This document shows positions 48,195-61,319 of a DNA stretch of 64,000 nucleotides, one piece after another (within the stretch, counting starts at the first letter, position 1; every line of letters begins with the position of its first letter). Under the pieces are notes generated by a model that saw only the letters and a list, made by a program, of their open reading frames with translations, had not been told where the DNA came from and did no database searches. A program made the position numbers and the translations under genes. This DNA comes from Octopus bimaculoides (lineage: Eukaryota): assembly GCF_001194135.2 (NCBI RefSeq), contig NC_068986.1, forward strand, positions 22,065,558-22,129,557. Reading direction: 5' to 3'.

Positions 48195-48400
48195 CGGCAA
48201 CATTGTTTGGCTGTGTTTAGCCTTCATCAGATGATCTTAATCCAGCCTTGATACCAGTATATTGGGATCAGTTGTAAAATATGCACTTCTGTTAAAATGA
48301 ACTTCTTTCTTTATTGATGCAAGGTGATCTCAGTTAATTCTTCAAATAAGCTTTCTGACCAATTCCACTGGATGAATCAAACAGCTGAAATAAAGAAAAT
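48195..48400 (-). mobile_element. Penelope-like element 3' remnant (GIY-YIG C-terminus plus decayed hammerhead core)
   Basis: The minus frame reads IQWNWSESLFEELTEITLHQ*RKKFILTEVHILQLIPIYWYQGWIKII*, resembling the PLE endonuclease tail (H.I.W....R.+.E..HI). It is followed immediately by CTGATGA-A-GGCT-AAACAC-AGCC-AAAC. Confidence 0.45.
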
Positions 48401-48907
48401 ACAAAACTCTGATAACTTTATCCATACAAATCTTCATAAAGCTCTATGGAGAGCACAGGCCCTATATTTTCTTTGATTATAATCGATGATGATTATGAGG
48501 AGAAGGTGGAGGATTTCCATTAATTTTATGTAGTGATAGGTGCAACCAGATGGTCTTGGGTTCAGTCCCACTATGCAGCACCTTCAATAAGTGTCTTCTG
48601 CTATAACCCCAGGTTAACCAAAGTTTTGTGAGTGGATTTGGTAGTCAGACTCAAAAAAAAAGCCCATTGTGTGTGTGTAGTGTTTCCTTGTCTTGACACT
48701 GTGTGTTAATTGTAAACAAACATCACCATCATACAAGCAGTGTCATTCACTTCCAATATTCTATGAAAACATTTGGCCATGGAGAAAATATTACCTTACT
48801 TGGAAACAGATAAGTGTTGATGACAAGAAGGGTATCTGGCCGTAGAAAATCTGCTCCAATAAACTCCCTTTGACCAATACAAGCATGGAAAAGTGAACTT
48901 TAAAAAT

Positions 48908-48947
<40 letters not shown>

Positions 48948-51069
48948 NNNNNNNNNNNNNNNNNNNNNNNNNNNNNNNNNNNNNNNNNNNNNNNNNNNNN
49001 NNNNNNNNNNNNNNNNNNNNNNNNNNNNNNNNNNNNNNNNNNNNNNNNNNNNNNNNNNNNNNNNNNNNNNNNNNNNNNNNNNNNNNNNNNNNNNNNNNNN
49101 NNNNNNNNNNNNNNNNNNNNNNNNNNNNNNNNNNNNNNNNNNNNNNNNNNNNNNNNNNNNNNNNNNNNNNNNNNNNNNNNNNNNNNNNNNNNNNNNNNNN
49201 NNNNNNNNNNNNNNNNNNNNNNNNNNNNNNNNNNNNNNNNNNNNNNNNNNNNNNNNNNNNGGGTTAAGGTATGTGAAGAACAGAGTGATTTTTTTATTTT
49301 TTTATATCTTTTCCAGTAGAAAAGATATAAACCCCAGAGGAAAATTGATTTTGCTCTGAATGTATAAGTGTATATTTTCACAGTTTCTGCACTCTTCTAT
49401 TTTGGGAATGTGAACTCTGACACATTTTGTGTCAATCTGAATTCTGAATTTTTTTTTTTTTTCTTATAATTTAAAACCTTTGACACCCGTAACTATTGTC
49501 CTGAAAGGAAACTGCTGTTCTACATAATGACTCGACCAGCAAGAAATAGCAGCTAAATCACCCCAAACATCCAAAAAGGCTGGATGAGTATGGCTAGAAT
49601 GCCTTTTTGAATCCTAGAATTGTTTGATCAGAGCTGATGTGGAGTTAAACAACATATCCAAATTAGGAAGATTTTCCAAATCTTTCAGTTGAGTCAAATG
49701 AAAAGCCCTGTAGGTACTTGGATAAAAGATTGTATTGCTGCTATTTGCAACATCAGTGAATGTTACATTCACTTTTTCCTGTATCAGAGGCGATAAATTC
49801 TCATCTAAGCATGCAACTGGTTGCACGTGCACATCATGGAAAAGGCCCAAAAGGTTGAAAAGGCATCCAGTTCTTGATGGCTGCTACGGGGAGGAAGTTT
49901 CATCTGCCCCTGATACTTATAGCATTCTTAACACATCACATCCATAACAGATGTTCTCTCAAAACAAATGCTGCAGTAACTGGCCTATTGATAGTAAGTA
50001 TACATTAAGTATAATACATAGATGGCTATATATCATGCGGTCGAGCAGACTATCAGATGTTGTTATACATCGCTGGTCACAATGTGCTTAGTATTGTTTT
50101 AGCTTTCGAATGATGACGCCACCCTGCTGACTAGGTGAGCAGGCCAACATTGCCCATTGATCGGAAGTCTAGTCCATTACAGGGTGCATCCATATGAAAT
50201 GAAGTGTTTTGCTCAAGAACACAATGTACTGCTTGGTTTGGGAATCGAACCTGCAATCTGGCAATGGTGAGTGCAACTCCCTAACCTCTAGGCCATGCGC
50301 CTATGTGTGTGTGTGTGTATAGGCACAGGAGTGGCTGTGTGGTAAGTAGCTTACTTTTCAACCTCATGGTTCTGGATTCAGTCCCACTGTGTGGAACCTT
50401 GGGCAAGTGTCTTCTACTATAGCCCCGGGCCGACCAAAGATTTGTGAGTGGATTTGGTAGACAAAAACTGAAAGAAGCTCGTCATCATCATCATCGTTTA
50501 ACGTCCATTTTCCATGCTAACATGGGTTGGATGGTTTGACTGGGGTGTGGGAAGCCAGGAGGCTGTACCAGGCTCCAGTCTGATCTGGCAGTGTTTCTAC
50601 ACCTGGATGCCCTTCCTAACACCAACCACTCCGAGTTTCTTTCAGTTTCCATTTATCAAAACCATGCACAAGGCTTTAGTCAACTTGGAGCTAGAGTAGG
50701 TGCTTGTTCAAGTTGTTAAACAGTGGGACTGAACCTTCTTAACCATATGGTTAGGAAGCAACCTTCTTAACCACACAACTATTGCTTGCACCTATAATTT
50801 CAAGCATTTGATCCTGGTGAGACCCTGATATGATTTAAGCACAAAATTAAAAGATGTAAAACCTAAACAATGTAAGACATTTACTTCAGTACTCTTATGT
50901 CTTGACCTAATTTCTCAGCTATCTTCTAACTTTAAGATCCCAGTTTTGTTCCTACCATTCACTCTACAGAATGATCCCAATACACTTGACCTATTTTATT
51001 AAATTTTCTTTGCATTCACAGCTCACATTTCACTACCATGTAGTATTGCTGCTTTTACACAAGCATCAT

Positions 51070-51375
51070 ACAATCTGCCTTCCGCTCTTAGAGAGAAGCT
51101 TTTGTTACCAACAGATCAGCAATGCTACGTGACAGTGAAAAGTAAATCATTGAATGCAGAGGACATACAAAGACTAGAAAGAAATGAAGCTATGCTCTGC
51201 TGGATGTGCAGGATCAGTGTGCATGTAGAAGTGCAAAAATGTTGAGGGAAAAATTGGGCAAAAGAGGTATCAGATCAAGTGTGCAAGAGAGAAAACTGCA
51301 CTGGAATTATGTGATGTGTATGGATGAGGGTAGTTGCATAAACAAGTTCCAGTTGCTAGATATGGATGGGACCTA
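51070..51375 (+). mobile_element. RTE-clade LINE 3' fragment
   Basis: It reads RLERNEAMLCWMC.. and ORF 51206-51394 gives RSAKMLREKLGKRGIRSSVQERKLHWNYVMCMDEGSCI. It is the same family as 40605-41005. Confidence 0.75.
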
Positions 51376-52929
51376 CAAATATTTATTTTATTAATTATTC
51401 TAAGGTAAATACTTGCAGACAAGCTCGTGTTCCTTCGTTTTAAAGACAATAGAGTAAAATTTAAAGATTAGAAGAGGAACAAGAATCATCATCATCATCA
51501 TCATCGTTTAACGTCCGCTTTCCATGCTAGCATGGGTTGGACGATTTGACTGAGGACTGGTGAAACCGGATGGCAACACCAGGCTCCAGTCTAATTTGGC
51601 AGAGTTTCTACAGCTGGATGCCCTTCCTAACGCCAACCACTCAGAGAGTGTAGTGGGTGCTTTTACGTGTCACCCGCACGAAAACGGCCACGCTCGAAAT
51701 GGTGTCTTTTATGTGCCACCCGTACAAGCCAGTCCAGGGGGCACTGGCAACGATCTCGCGAAGTCACATTTCATTTAATATCATAAATAATAGTCAAAAT
51801 TATTAACCAAATATTTTGAGTCGCTTATTGACTGACAAGGACTTACACACAATGACAGCAATTTATATTACAGCATAGTGCGTGAGTGAAAAAAATCAAG
51901 TTTTACTCAGTAAATAAAGCAATGAAAACAGAAACTCATTAAATCAGTCATTTACAGAAGTTTTCCTAAGTTTTCTTACTAGGTTCCTACAGTAAACCGA
52001 GCCACTCTTTTAAAGAAACTATCTGCATCCATGATGAAATGTAATCAGAATAGCTCCATGTAATCGCTTAGCATAGAAGCATTTTTGGGCATCCGTACTT
52101 TTAACATATACCGTTAACACATATTACTAAATCTCATTTTTAATTTAAACAAGATCGAATGTCAATAGCTAATGTTATTTATTATGCCTAATATAACATT
52201 TAACGAAAGATAATTAGATGTATTTGATGTTTACAACTATCTTTGATAAGATATTTAAATTGCTTTGTTTTAAAAACGGATGTGCCAGAAACAGGGCCCA
52301 AAATATCACTAATGACGTTTGTGTACAGCTGTTTTTACTATTTTTTTTTCTCCTAAGAAAAAGTACGTATTATGTTTTTAAAAGAAGTAAACAAATATAA
52401 ACTTACGAAACAAAAGCTTAAGCTTTCATAGATTTATTTCATATAAAAAAATTTGTTTCAATTTATTTAATAAATATTTTTCGAAAAATTTCTTCATCTA
52501 TTGATTAAACTATTAAAACTTAAACTTATCCCATAAAATATATTGAGTCTTACTCTTTGGCAATTATTAACATAGAATTATTGTGATTAAATAGGGGAGC
52601 TTTTAGTATTTTCAATTAATTTCAGGAAAAGAAAAGTTTAACAGATAAGTAAAGAAAAAATAAAGAATGTAAAGATATATTTAAAAAACACACAGTTAAA
52701 ATATAAAATAATATAAGTTAAATAACATTTTTTTTAAATTTAAAGGTCTAGACTGCCTAATTAAAGATGTCATACGTAACACAAGACGTAGAGTGATATA
52801 TCAATTTGGTCCTTCGTTTTTTTAAGATGGTTATGTGTGATTTGGGAGATTTGTTTGTAATTCCAAGCAGGTCAAGCAACTGCGTAAAGACTCCTTCGTT
52901 GACTAGTTTATAATTGGTTAGTCAAAGGC

Positions 52930-53400
52930 AGAGGAGGAGAAGGAAGAGGAAGGGGAATGTGTCCATGACCTTTGCAAACTAGTGAAATTGAGGCTAGTGA
53001 TGTTCAGCTGGAATATGTTTTAAAGTTGAGGTATGTAGGAGAAGCATGAACAGGGAGGAAATTTGAGAGAGTTGCAGCCCTAGAGAGGAATAATTAGGCT
53101 ACTTGTTTAGTTTGGAATTTAAGGGATGTGATAGAGCAGAGAAGATAAGGGTGAGATACATGGGTGTATCAAGTGGGCATAAATGATGGGGTATGCAGAT
53201 AGATATTGAAGGATGCTTTCCAGGTCTCTATTCATGAGGTAGGGCAGGTCTGGCATGACATTATCTAGACTAGCTATAAATAAGCCTCATAGTGGTAGAC
53301 CTTGACAGAGAGAGGGGATGAGAGAGAGAGAGCCCTACCTACTACAATCTAAGAAAACACTGCAATATGTCTCCTTATCTCAGGTTATCTACAACCACCT
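52930..53400 (-). mobile_element. Possible CR1/Jockey-group LINE 3' relic
   Basis: Decayed translation LIIPL.RAATL.NFLPVHASPTYLNFKT resembles the 3' consensus FFPRT..LWN.LP..VFP..YNL..FK. The match is weak. Confidence 0.3.
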
Positions 53401-54066
53401 CCTTTTTGACTTCTGAGACATTAGAAGTTAGGGTTGGAAGGATCAGATATAGTTTCCTGCATGCGAATAGGATATGCTATGATGTGTTTCCATTGATTGG
53501 GATAGATCTCTGTTTAGAGAAAAAAACTAAAGAGTAAAAACAAGCTCAAGCAAAAACAAGAAATACAAAGCCTAGCTAAAAACCTCTAACTCCTACAAAA
53601 TGGATGGCTTTTACCCAGCACTACAATTCTTGCAACACCATCAATTGAATTATGAAGGATACCTTCATGCATCACACTCCTCAATCTCTCTCAGCACACA
53701 AACTTCATTCACTCCGTTTGATTTCTTGCCACAGAAACAAAATAGCCAATTTAACTCTATTTTGTCGCTGCTTTGTTTGCCAGCCATTTTACATACTGCG
53801 CTGGGTGCTTCGAATGTGGCACCACCACTTGTGTGTAAACTCACTAGACTTAACAACCCTCATGACTGAGAGGGAAAATAGGAGAGAGAGAGAATAGTGA
53901 TGATGATAAGTTAAAGTATGATGGGAAGGGAATGGGAGGAGGATGGCAACATAGATAGTAAAAGCAAGTAATGGGAAAGAAAGGGAAAAAGTTGTGCCAG
54001 AGGTTTGTGAGAGTTAGGTGGGAAATTCACTGCTACACTACGTTATATGTGGGTAGGTAGAATGGT

Positions 54067-54400
54067 ATGTTTGAGACCCCCCTTTGGTCATGAATGACCA
54101 TGGGATTGCACCTACAAAGTTACCCTCCGAGGAACAAATCTGAGCTAGGGTGCTTATAGAAGACCAGCAGTCGCCCATGCATACCAACCTCTCTCCATGC
54201 CATCAATATCGTCCAAGAGAAAAGCAAAGATCGATACAGCTTGGCACCTGTGATGTCGCAACTCATTTCTACAGCTGAGTGAACTGAAGCAACGTGAAAT
54301 AAAGTATCTTGCTCAAGAACAAACAAAACATGCAACCTGGTCCGAGAATTGAACTCACAACCTCATGATTGTAAGCTTGGCGCTCTAACCACTGATCCAT
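54067..54400 (-). mobile_element. tRNA-derived SINE (CORE-like central domain)
   Basis: The minus-strand head is atggatcagtggttagagcgcc...gagttcaattctcggacc, followed by tgttcttgagcaagatactttatttcac. A related element lies at about 50020-50302 (-). Confidence 0.75.
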
Positions 54401-54764
54401 GGTATGTAAAGATGATGGTGACGGGATTAAGGTGATTAGAAGATAGTGTGGTGACAAAAGACTCAGGGAAGATGAGTGAATGTTGCACGAGTGTAACTGT
54501 ACTTCCCTCAAGCATTGTTATTTGTAAAGATTGAAGGAAGGAAAGTTGCAAGATACAGGTGGTGGGGGTAAAGGGATTCATTATACACAGGTCAAATGCT
54601 TTCCCCTTAACAGCATGGTATGGTGAATATAAGAGATGATAGGAAAATGAGAGGATATAGAATCGGTATAGTGGTTAAGGGAAGGGATGATGGTGGGACG
54701 TGAAGGTATAGAATAGCAACAAGCAAGGATAAGAGTACAGAACTCTTACTATTTCAATGTGCAT

Positions 54765-55715
54765 TTTGCTCAGTTTACACAATGGATTGGGTCTTTTGTG
54801 GCACCAATCAACATGGTTCTCTGTCACTGCCTTTGCCAGATGCAGCATTCTGAGAATATCTTTCATTACCTCATCCCAAGCCCTCCCCACTTTCATGGGC
54901 ACTACTTACTTTGGATGTTCAGCATTTGCTTATGCAACTGACACCCTCCACCCTCATCAAGTTCTCACATCACTGCAGACTCTCCTCTCTTGCGTACCAC
55001 ATTTGATTTCTCCCATACCCAGTCTGTCTCAGCTCACCTATGCTTCATTGTCCATGTACACCAGTCTGGCACATCCAACAACGAATGCTCGCCCCATCCT
55101 CTCTCTAGTTCCCACAGATCCTCTACACTAAAGACCCACATCTTCCTGCCATGCAGCTATGCACTTTGAAAAGACACATTGCACAATTTGTCTCTTACCT
55201 TGAGGAAGAAGCCCCTTATTGCCAGTAGAGGCAATAAGGGACTTCATGAACCTTGTCCACCCTGCTCCCACACCTTCAGGACACCTACCTCTACTGACAC
55301 CTAGGTCACCCAAGCAACAGAAACCAGCAATCATCTCTAGGGAGCTGTCTAGGAATTTAAGAGAATCCCTTTCCTGAGTAGTCTAAGTGCTTACTGCCCT
55401 GGTGCACCTGCTGCATATGAAACCTACCTTCTCTGCCAATCTATATGTGACCCCAACCCATGCATCCACTGCTCACACAGGTCACACTCCAAGGAACTTC
55501 CACTGACACCCGAATTTCCCTAATACTATAAAGATCCTCTCTTCCTTCCCACCTACCCAAACTCTTGTTTCTGCTAAGTTCCCCTTTTAGGCCCCTCAAC
55601 TCCTAACTATACTTCCATGTTTGGAACTTCCGCCTCAACTTCTCTACAGGTACCACCTAAAGACCCAAGTCGTCATCACGTCAGAGCTCCCAATCACAAC
55701 TGTTCTTGAGAACCA
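54765..55715 (-). mobile_element. RTE-clade LINE, 5'-truncated and decayed (RT motif through 3' end)
   Basis: The minus strand gives ..GCDWEL*RDDDL (decayed WELLYADDL) near 55660-55700 and KFQTWK..ELRGL. It continues FCCLGDLG...GWTRF (55128-55334; consensus FxYLGD..GWxKFRELLPLL) and GRAWDEVMKDILRMLHLAKAVTEN (54675-54902; consensus GRPRKTWDEVVK.DL). Confidence 0.85.
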
Positions 55716-56045
55716 AGAATATTTTGTTATATTAGTCAGCCGCAGTTATGTCCCTTGACCTCTCGCTTGATATTGTCATTGTGTTCTTCCGAGAGCATGA
55801 GAACCACACAAAATACTGGGTTAATATGAAAGGTCAATAACCGTTGAACTGAGTGGTCAAAGTCTGTCTGAAATCCATTCAAGATTAATTGAGAATAAAA
55901 TGTATAGTCAATTTTCTTATCATATATTTGTTGAACTCATTTACTATATATACACACACACACACACACACATATATATATGTATATGTATAAGTGTGTA
56001 TATGTGTATGTATTTGTATTTATAACTTAACCTTATGAACTTTCT

Positions 56046-56175
56046 AAACTCTCTGATGAAGCCCAGAGACACACCCAAGTACCTAAATCTTATCTACCAA
56101 ATACTTCAGTTCACTGAAGGGATATAAGTAGATTGGGGTACTTTGGCCTCTTGGTTGAAACAGCCGTAAGCTATC
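56046..56175 (+). ncRNA. Type I hammerhead-ribozyme-like motif (Penelope-associated), probably partly decayed
   Basis: It has CTGATGA (56053-59), a long foldable stem II, GAAA (56157-60) and C-AGCC-GTA (putative cleavage after 56168). Stem I has only 2 bp. Confidence 0.55.
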
Positions 56176-59100
56176 ATCCTATCTTTTGCAATCTACGTTA
56201 TATATTTTAATAATTACTGGTATTTTTATATATTGTATATGTAAAGCATATTATGCTATACATGTATGTATATTGTTATAACGGTTTTTTTTTTAATAAA
56301 TAAATAGACATAATATAATGTCTAAAAGTTGATGAATATCACCTCTTGATCCCCTCCATTTTCTTATTGCTGTATAGATTAAGGGTAAAAAACTTTTTTT
56401 ACCTCCACCCATTAATTACATTCAGTAGNNNNNNNNNNNNNNNNNNNNNNNNNNNNNNNNNNNNNNNNNNNNNNNNNNNNNNNNNNNNNNNNNNNNNNNN
56501 NNNNNNNNNNNNNNNNNNNNNNNNNNNNNNNNNNNNNNNNNNNNNNNNNNNNNNNNNNNNNNNNNNNNNNNNNNNNNNNNNAAGTGAAATCTGTTTTCTT
56601 AAAAATGGATGTACGTTTATATAGTAATGCTAGAATATTTAAAACCTATATATACATATATTACGGAAAAGACTAGTAAGTATTTTGAGGAGGTAGGCTG
56701 GGTTGGAAATGTTTTTATGTTCTTCAGGCCTAAACAAATAAAATATGAAACCCTGATCATCTTGGCTAGAGAAGCAGCATCACCACAACCACCATCATTG
56801 TTTTAATGTTCATTTTCCATGTTTGCATGGGTCGGACAGAATTTGTTGAGGCAGATTTTACATAGCCAGATGCCTTTCCTGTTGCCAACCCTCATTTGTT
56901 ATCAAATGAAATAATATTTTCCCCATGGCCTGACTTGTTTTTGCAAAAGACTGGAAATAAAGGATACTGCTGCATAACAGTGATACTCATTTACAACAAT
57001 TATATGATGTCAAAACAAGGAGACAATAACTCTCTCTCTCCCACACACACACGCACACATGTACAACAAACTTCTTGCCATCTAAATTCACTCACAAAGC
57101 TTTTGTTGACCCGGGTTGTAGTAAAAGATACTTACTTCATATGCCGTGCAGTGAGGCAAGTAGTTGAGAAGCAGGCTTCTTAATCACACAGCCATGCCAG
57201 CTTGTTCATTGATTTTTTTTTTTAAATGTCATTTGTTGCAATGAAGACATTTTTACACAGTTCCTTTAATGATGTAAAAATCTGTATTTAACACATAAAG
57301 CGTGACAGGCCATGATCGTGGCCGTCAGGCACAGATCGACAGGCCACGTTCACAGCCCAGAGAGATGTATTTAATTTATGTGCATTTGTTGGGGTCTAAT
57401 GTCACTCAAATGCTCCGATACCCACCAATGCAAGAGGACTAATAATTCAACTAATGACTTTTCAGATGATGTAAAACTTGCCACCATTATATACTAAGAA
57501 GATGCTTTAACTATTTTTTGTTTTTTATGTGTGCATGGTAGTCTCATTTTCATAAAATGTGCTCAGCAGTCCATGCTATATAAGTGCAAATCTTAGCACT
57601 TTATGGGTTAATATTTTGTTGTATGCAGGGGAAGAGTCAAAACGTTTTAGCTTAATCTGAATGGAAATAATTCTGACTTCAGGGTGAATATGGTACAACA
57701 AACACGTTTTCTTGTTTTTCACAACAGATAAGTAAACATTTTTATTGTAACACCTTTATCTTCCTTCTTCTCTTCATTTAACATCTATTTTCCATGCTGG
57801 CATGGATTGGATGGTTTGACAGGATCCAGAGAGCTAAGTTCCAATGTTAGCTTCATATTGTTTTCTATGGCTGGACACCCTTCCTGACACAAGCGACCTA
57901 GCAGAGTACACGGGGTATTTTTGTTTTTTGTTGTGCCATCAGGAATTAGTGAGGTCACCAAGTAAATTGCAGGACCGAAAAAGAACAGATAAGGGAAAAC
58001 TCCTATGACTAAGTGGGTGTGAGGAGGAAATTAGAGAGAGGGAGGTGACTTTAATCCAGATGCTGAGAGGCTGGAGTGTAATTGAGGGACAAGCACAGGT
58101 GTTTTGCTATGGAGAAGATACATGGTTACCCCACATTATATAAGGGTGAGTAGTAGTAATTTGGGAGAAGATAAAGGTGGTTGTGAAGGGGTGCCAGGGC
58201 AAGCATTCAAATTAAACAATATTGTGACAGCATATGAGATGCCCTTTGTTTCTGTTGTTCCCTTCAGTTAGGAAAGTGGAAACATTCTGTGCTTAGAATT
58301 TGATACCCGAGGAAATTTTCATTTTTTTTATTTACCAAATTAGGGAATTTCATTTTTTTCTTTGTTATATAAGACAATGATTCATTTAAGATCACTGCAA
58401 AAATAAGGCATTTGCTCTCAAAAATGGATAAGAAAAACAAAGAATTTTCTGTATGAAACATTACACATATGATGCGGTTGGTAGGCTGGATGACAATCAC
58501 TGTATTTTAGCATAAAACTGTGAAGCCATGTTCTTTAGTTATGCTTTATTTATTTATTTTTATTTAAGAACACAAAACAAAAATTAAAAATCAATATCCA
58601 TATTCCTCATTTTATTATTATTAAGGCGGCATGCTAGCAGAATCATTAGCATGCTGGATGAAGTGCTTCGTGGTATTTTGCCTGTCATTATATTCTGAGT
58701 TCAAATTCCGTTGAGGTCAACTTTGCCTTTCAGGATTGATAAATCAAGTGCCAGTAAAACACTGGGGTCGACGTAATCGACTGGTCCCCTCCCCCAAAAT
58801 TTCAGGCCTTGTGCCTTCAGTAGAAAGGATTATTATTATTTGTTTCTATTGTAGGTTATATTAGTCTGTAACACATTTCTTCATGTTGTAGTTTAGTCCT
58901 AGGTGAGCCCTCATTCAGTAGACCCTTGATCAAAGGTGCTGAAGCCATAATCATACCCATAATGTATTTAGGACTATATTTTGCTGGTTACATACACCAC
59001 CTTCCATTTTTAAGTGTGACATGAGAGATATTTGGCTGCTGTTTCTAGCATGGCATTTCTCCCTATGTATCTGACACAGAACATTCTCATATCTAGCCTT

Positions 59101-59666
59101 TTGCATATCATATATCCCAAATAAATGTTGTTTACAGTATGAGGTCTAACATTCTCCAAATAACCATTTACACTCATTTCACATCTCTTGATCCAGTCCG
59201 GTGTCATGTCATCTTGTTGCATGATCAAGCATTTTCATACCTAACCATTTGCATCTCACCGTTGTGACCTAGATTGTCATGTTCAATCACTTCTAAGGTT
59301 TCCAAGGTTTCTCTTGTTGTAATCACTACCATGGTTATATATCATAACCAATTCATAGCACCTTTACAGACACCACAAATATATATTTGTATTATCAATC
59401 CAGATTAGGTGACGTCTGTGACAATGTAGAAATCTGCCAGTGCCTCTTATGTTCAGGAAATTTCTAAATTCCTTTAGTTTGATTTTTAGAAAAATAGAAT
59501 TTGTAAGTTAACATTAGACATTGAATATATGTCATTTGATTTTCTTTATTCAGTTGAGGATTCTACAAATTCCAGTCTTATAGATTTACATTTATCATCA
59601 TCTTCATTTAAAGTCTGTCTTCCATATTAGCATGGATAACTGAAAGAAAATTTAAAATCATAGTAA

Positions 59667-59886
59667 GTTGTTGGTGCTCGTATGGCAGGCACTGGCTGAA
59701 AAGTTTGGTGTATCAAGAAGTACTGTCTTGAAAGAGGGAAAAACCTTCTCGTCGAAACAAAACCAAAACTTTCAGATAGGGACTGTCAGACTCTTACGCG
59801 AATTGTTAGAAAGGATCACAAAAGTACAGTTCCCAAAATTACTGCAGAGCTTAATGACTACCTTGAGAACCCAGTTTCCACAGAAA
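59667..59886 (+). mobile_element. Tc1-family transposase N-terminal fragment (decayed)
   Basis: Across small deletions and frameshifts it reads VVGARMAG..AEKFGVSRSTV..KEGKT..KQN..LSDRDCQTLTRIVRKDHKSTVPKITAELNDYLENPVST. This is the paired-like HTH region of Tc1 transposases. Confidence 0.8.
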
Positions 59887-59928
59887 ATCAAAATGATGAA
59901 GGTTAAGATCAGATTAGAGACCATTTAA

Positions 59929-60250
59929 CCCTTTGTGACCATATTTTTAATGAAATACAATCTTGTGGATTTTTGTCAGCTGTGTCTGGAGAAAAGGTTA
60001 ATGCTTATAGCTTTTGCAGGCCTCTAAGACTGGAGAGAATGATGCCATTGACTCTTTCATTACCAACCTGGCTGAAACCAGCTCTGGCTCTGTAGTACAA
60101 ATGTCTTGCTTTCATAAGTTTTGAATTAAAATCTTCCACGAAACCTTAGTCAAAATTCATGTTCCTAACATTAGCTTAATGATAACTAAGTCATTTTACT
60201 AAATTGAAAGAAACTCAGAGCTTCTCAACAGAAATATGGTAATGAAAGGG
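59929..60250. mobile_element. TTAA-flanked piggyBac-type MITE
   Basis: It runs TTAA|CCCTTTGTGACCATATTT ... AAATATGGTAATGAAAGGG|TTAA, with about 18-bp imperfect TIRs. Confidence 0.7.
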
Positions 60251-60733
60251 TTAACATTCATCTCAAACCTAAGGAAAAGACGTGTGCAGTGATTAGCATG
60301 GACCCAAGAGTGATGAGAGGAAGATGTGTGGGATGGGAATGCCTTTGTGGAGGCAGCATGAATGCAGCCAAATCTGAGGCCATTATAGTAACGGTAAAAA
60401 AAGAAAAACCTGATAGTGGAGACCACATGCCTGTGGGCCAGAAGCTGGAATGTGTTTATGAGTGGTTTAATGCAAAGATGAACAGAAGCCATTATGACTG
60501 TGGTAGAAAAGATAGAGAGAGATGAAATAATTAACTTCATTATTAAATTCTGTTAAGGTCGACTTTGCCTTTCATCCTTTGGGGTCAACAAAATAAGTAC
60601 CATTTAAGCACTGGGGTCTATGTAATCATTTAGTCCCTCCTCACCAAATTTCAGGACTTGTGCCTATAGTAGAAAGGATTATTAAATTGTCATTTAAAAT
60701 TCAACCAAAATAGTTTTTACTGTAAAACTAAAC

Positions 60734-61265
60734 CAGCTGTGACCAGTTGGGTCACTAGTAGTCCAAGGTACCTAAAAAAAACTGTGTACCTTGGGAACCC
60801 GTGGTCCAATTTCAATGAAACTTGTTTTATTTTGTATTCACATTTCAATACTTTACTTTCAGTGTATTTTCTCATTATGTGCCAGTTTGGTTATTTATAA
60901 AGGTACCTGAAACAAGCACATATCTTGGGAAACTGAGATCCGATTTACGCAAAACTTGTCTTATTCTGTTTGTATTTCCATTTCAGGGGCACCTTACTTT
61001 CAGTGTATTTTCCCATTATGCACCAGTTTGGCTGTATTAAATTAGACAAGCACACATACAAAACTATCCAGGCGTTCACAGTAAAGGGCAATAACTCTAG
61101 GTTTGACTGCTTAAATTTGTGGAAACAAACCCCCAAAAACTGTATCTTGGGAAACCATGGTCCAATTTATGTAAAACTTGTTTTATTCTGTTTGTATTCA
61201 CATTTCAGAATATTTTCCCATTATGCACCAGTTTAGCTATATTAAATTAGACGAGAACACCAGCA
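60734..61265. repeat. Element with an internal diverged ~134-bp tandem array; possibly a non-autonomous Helitron/Helentron
   Basis: Three units begin with (a/t)cttgggaa at about 60790, 60924 and 61146, each followed by aaacttg..ttatt...cccattatgcaccagttt. A hairpin GTGACC-AGTTG-GGTCAC followed by TAG sits at the left end. Confidence 0.5.
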
Positions 61266-61319
61266 AGTAATCAGAGTTTTAGTTGGGTATAGATTAAGAT
61301 TGAAACTTTAGACCGCAAG

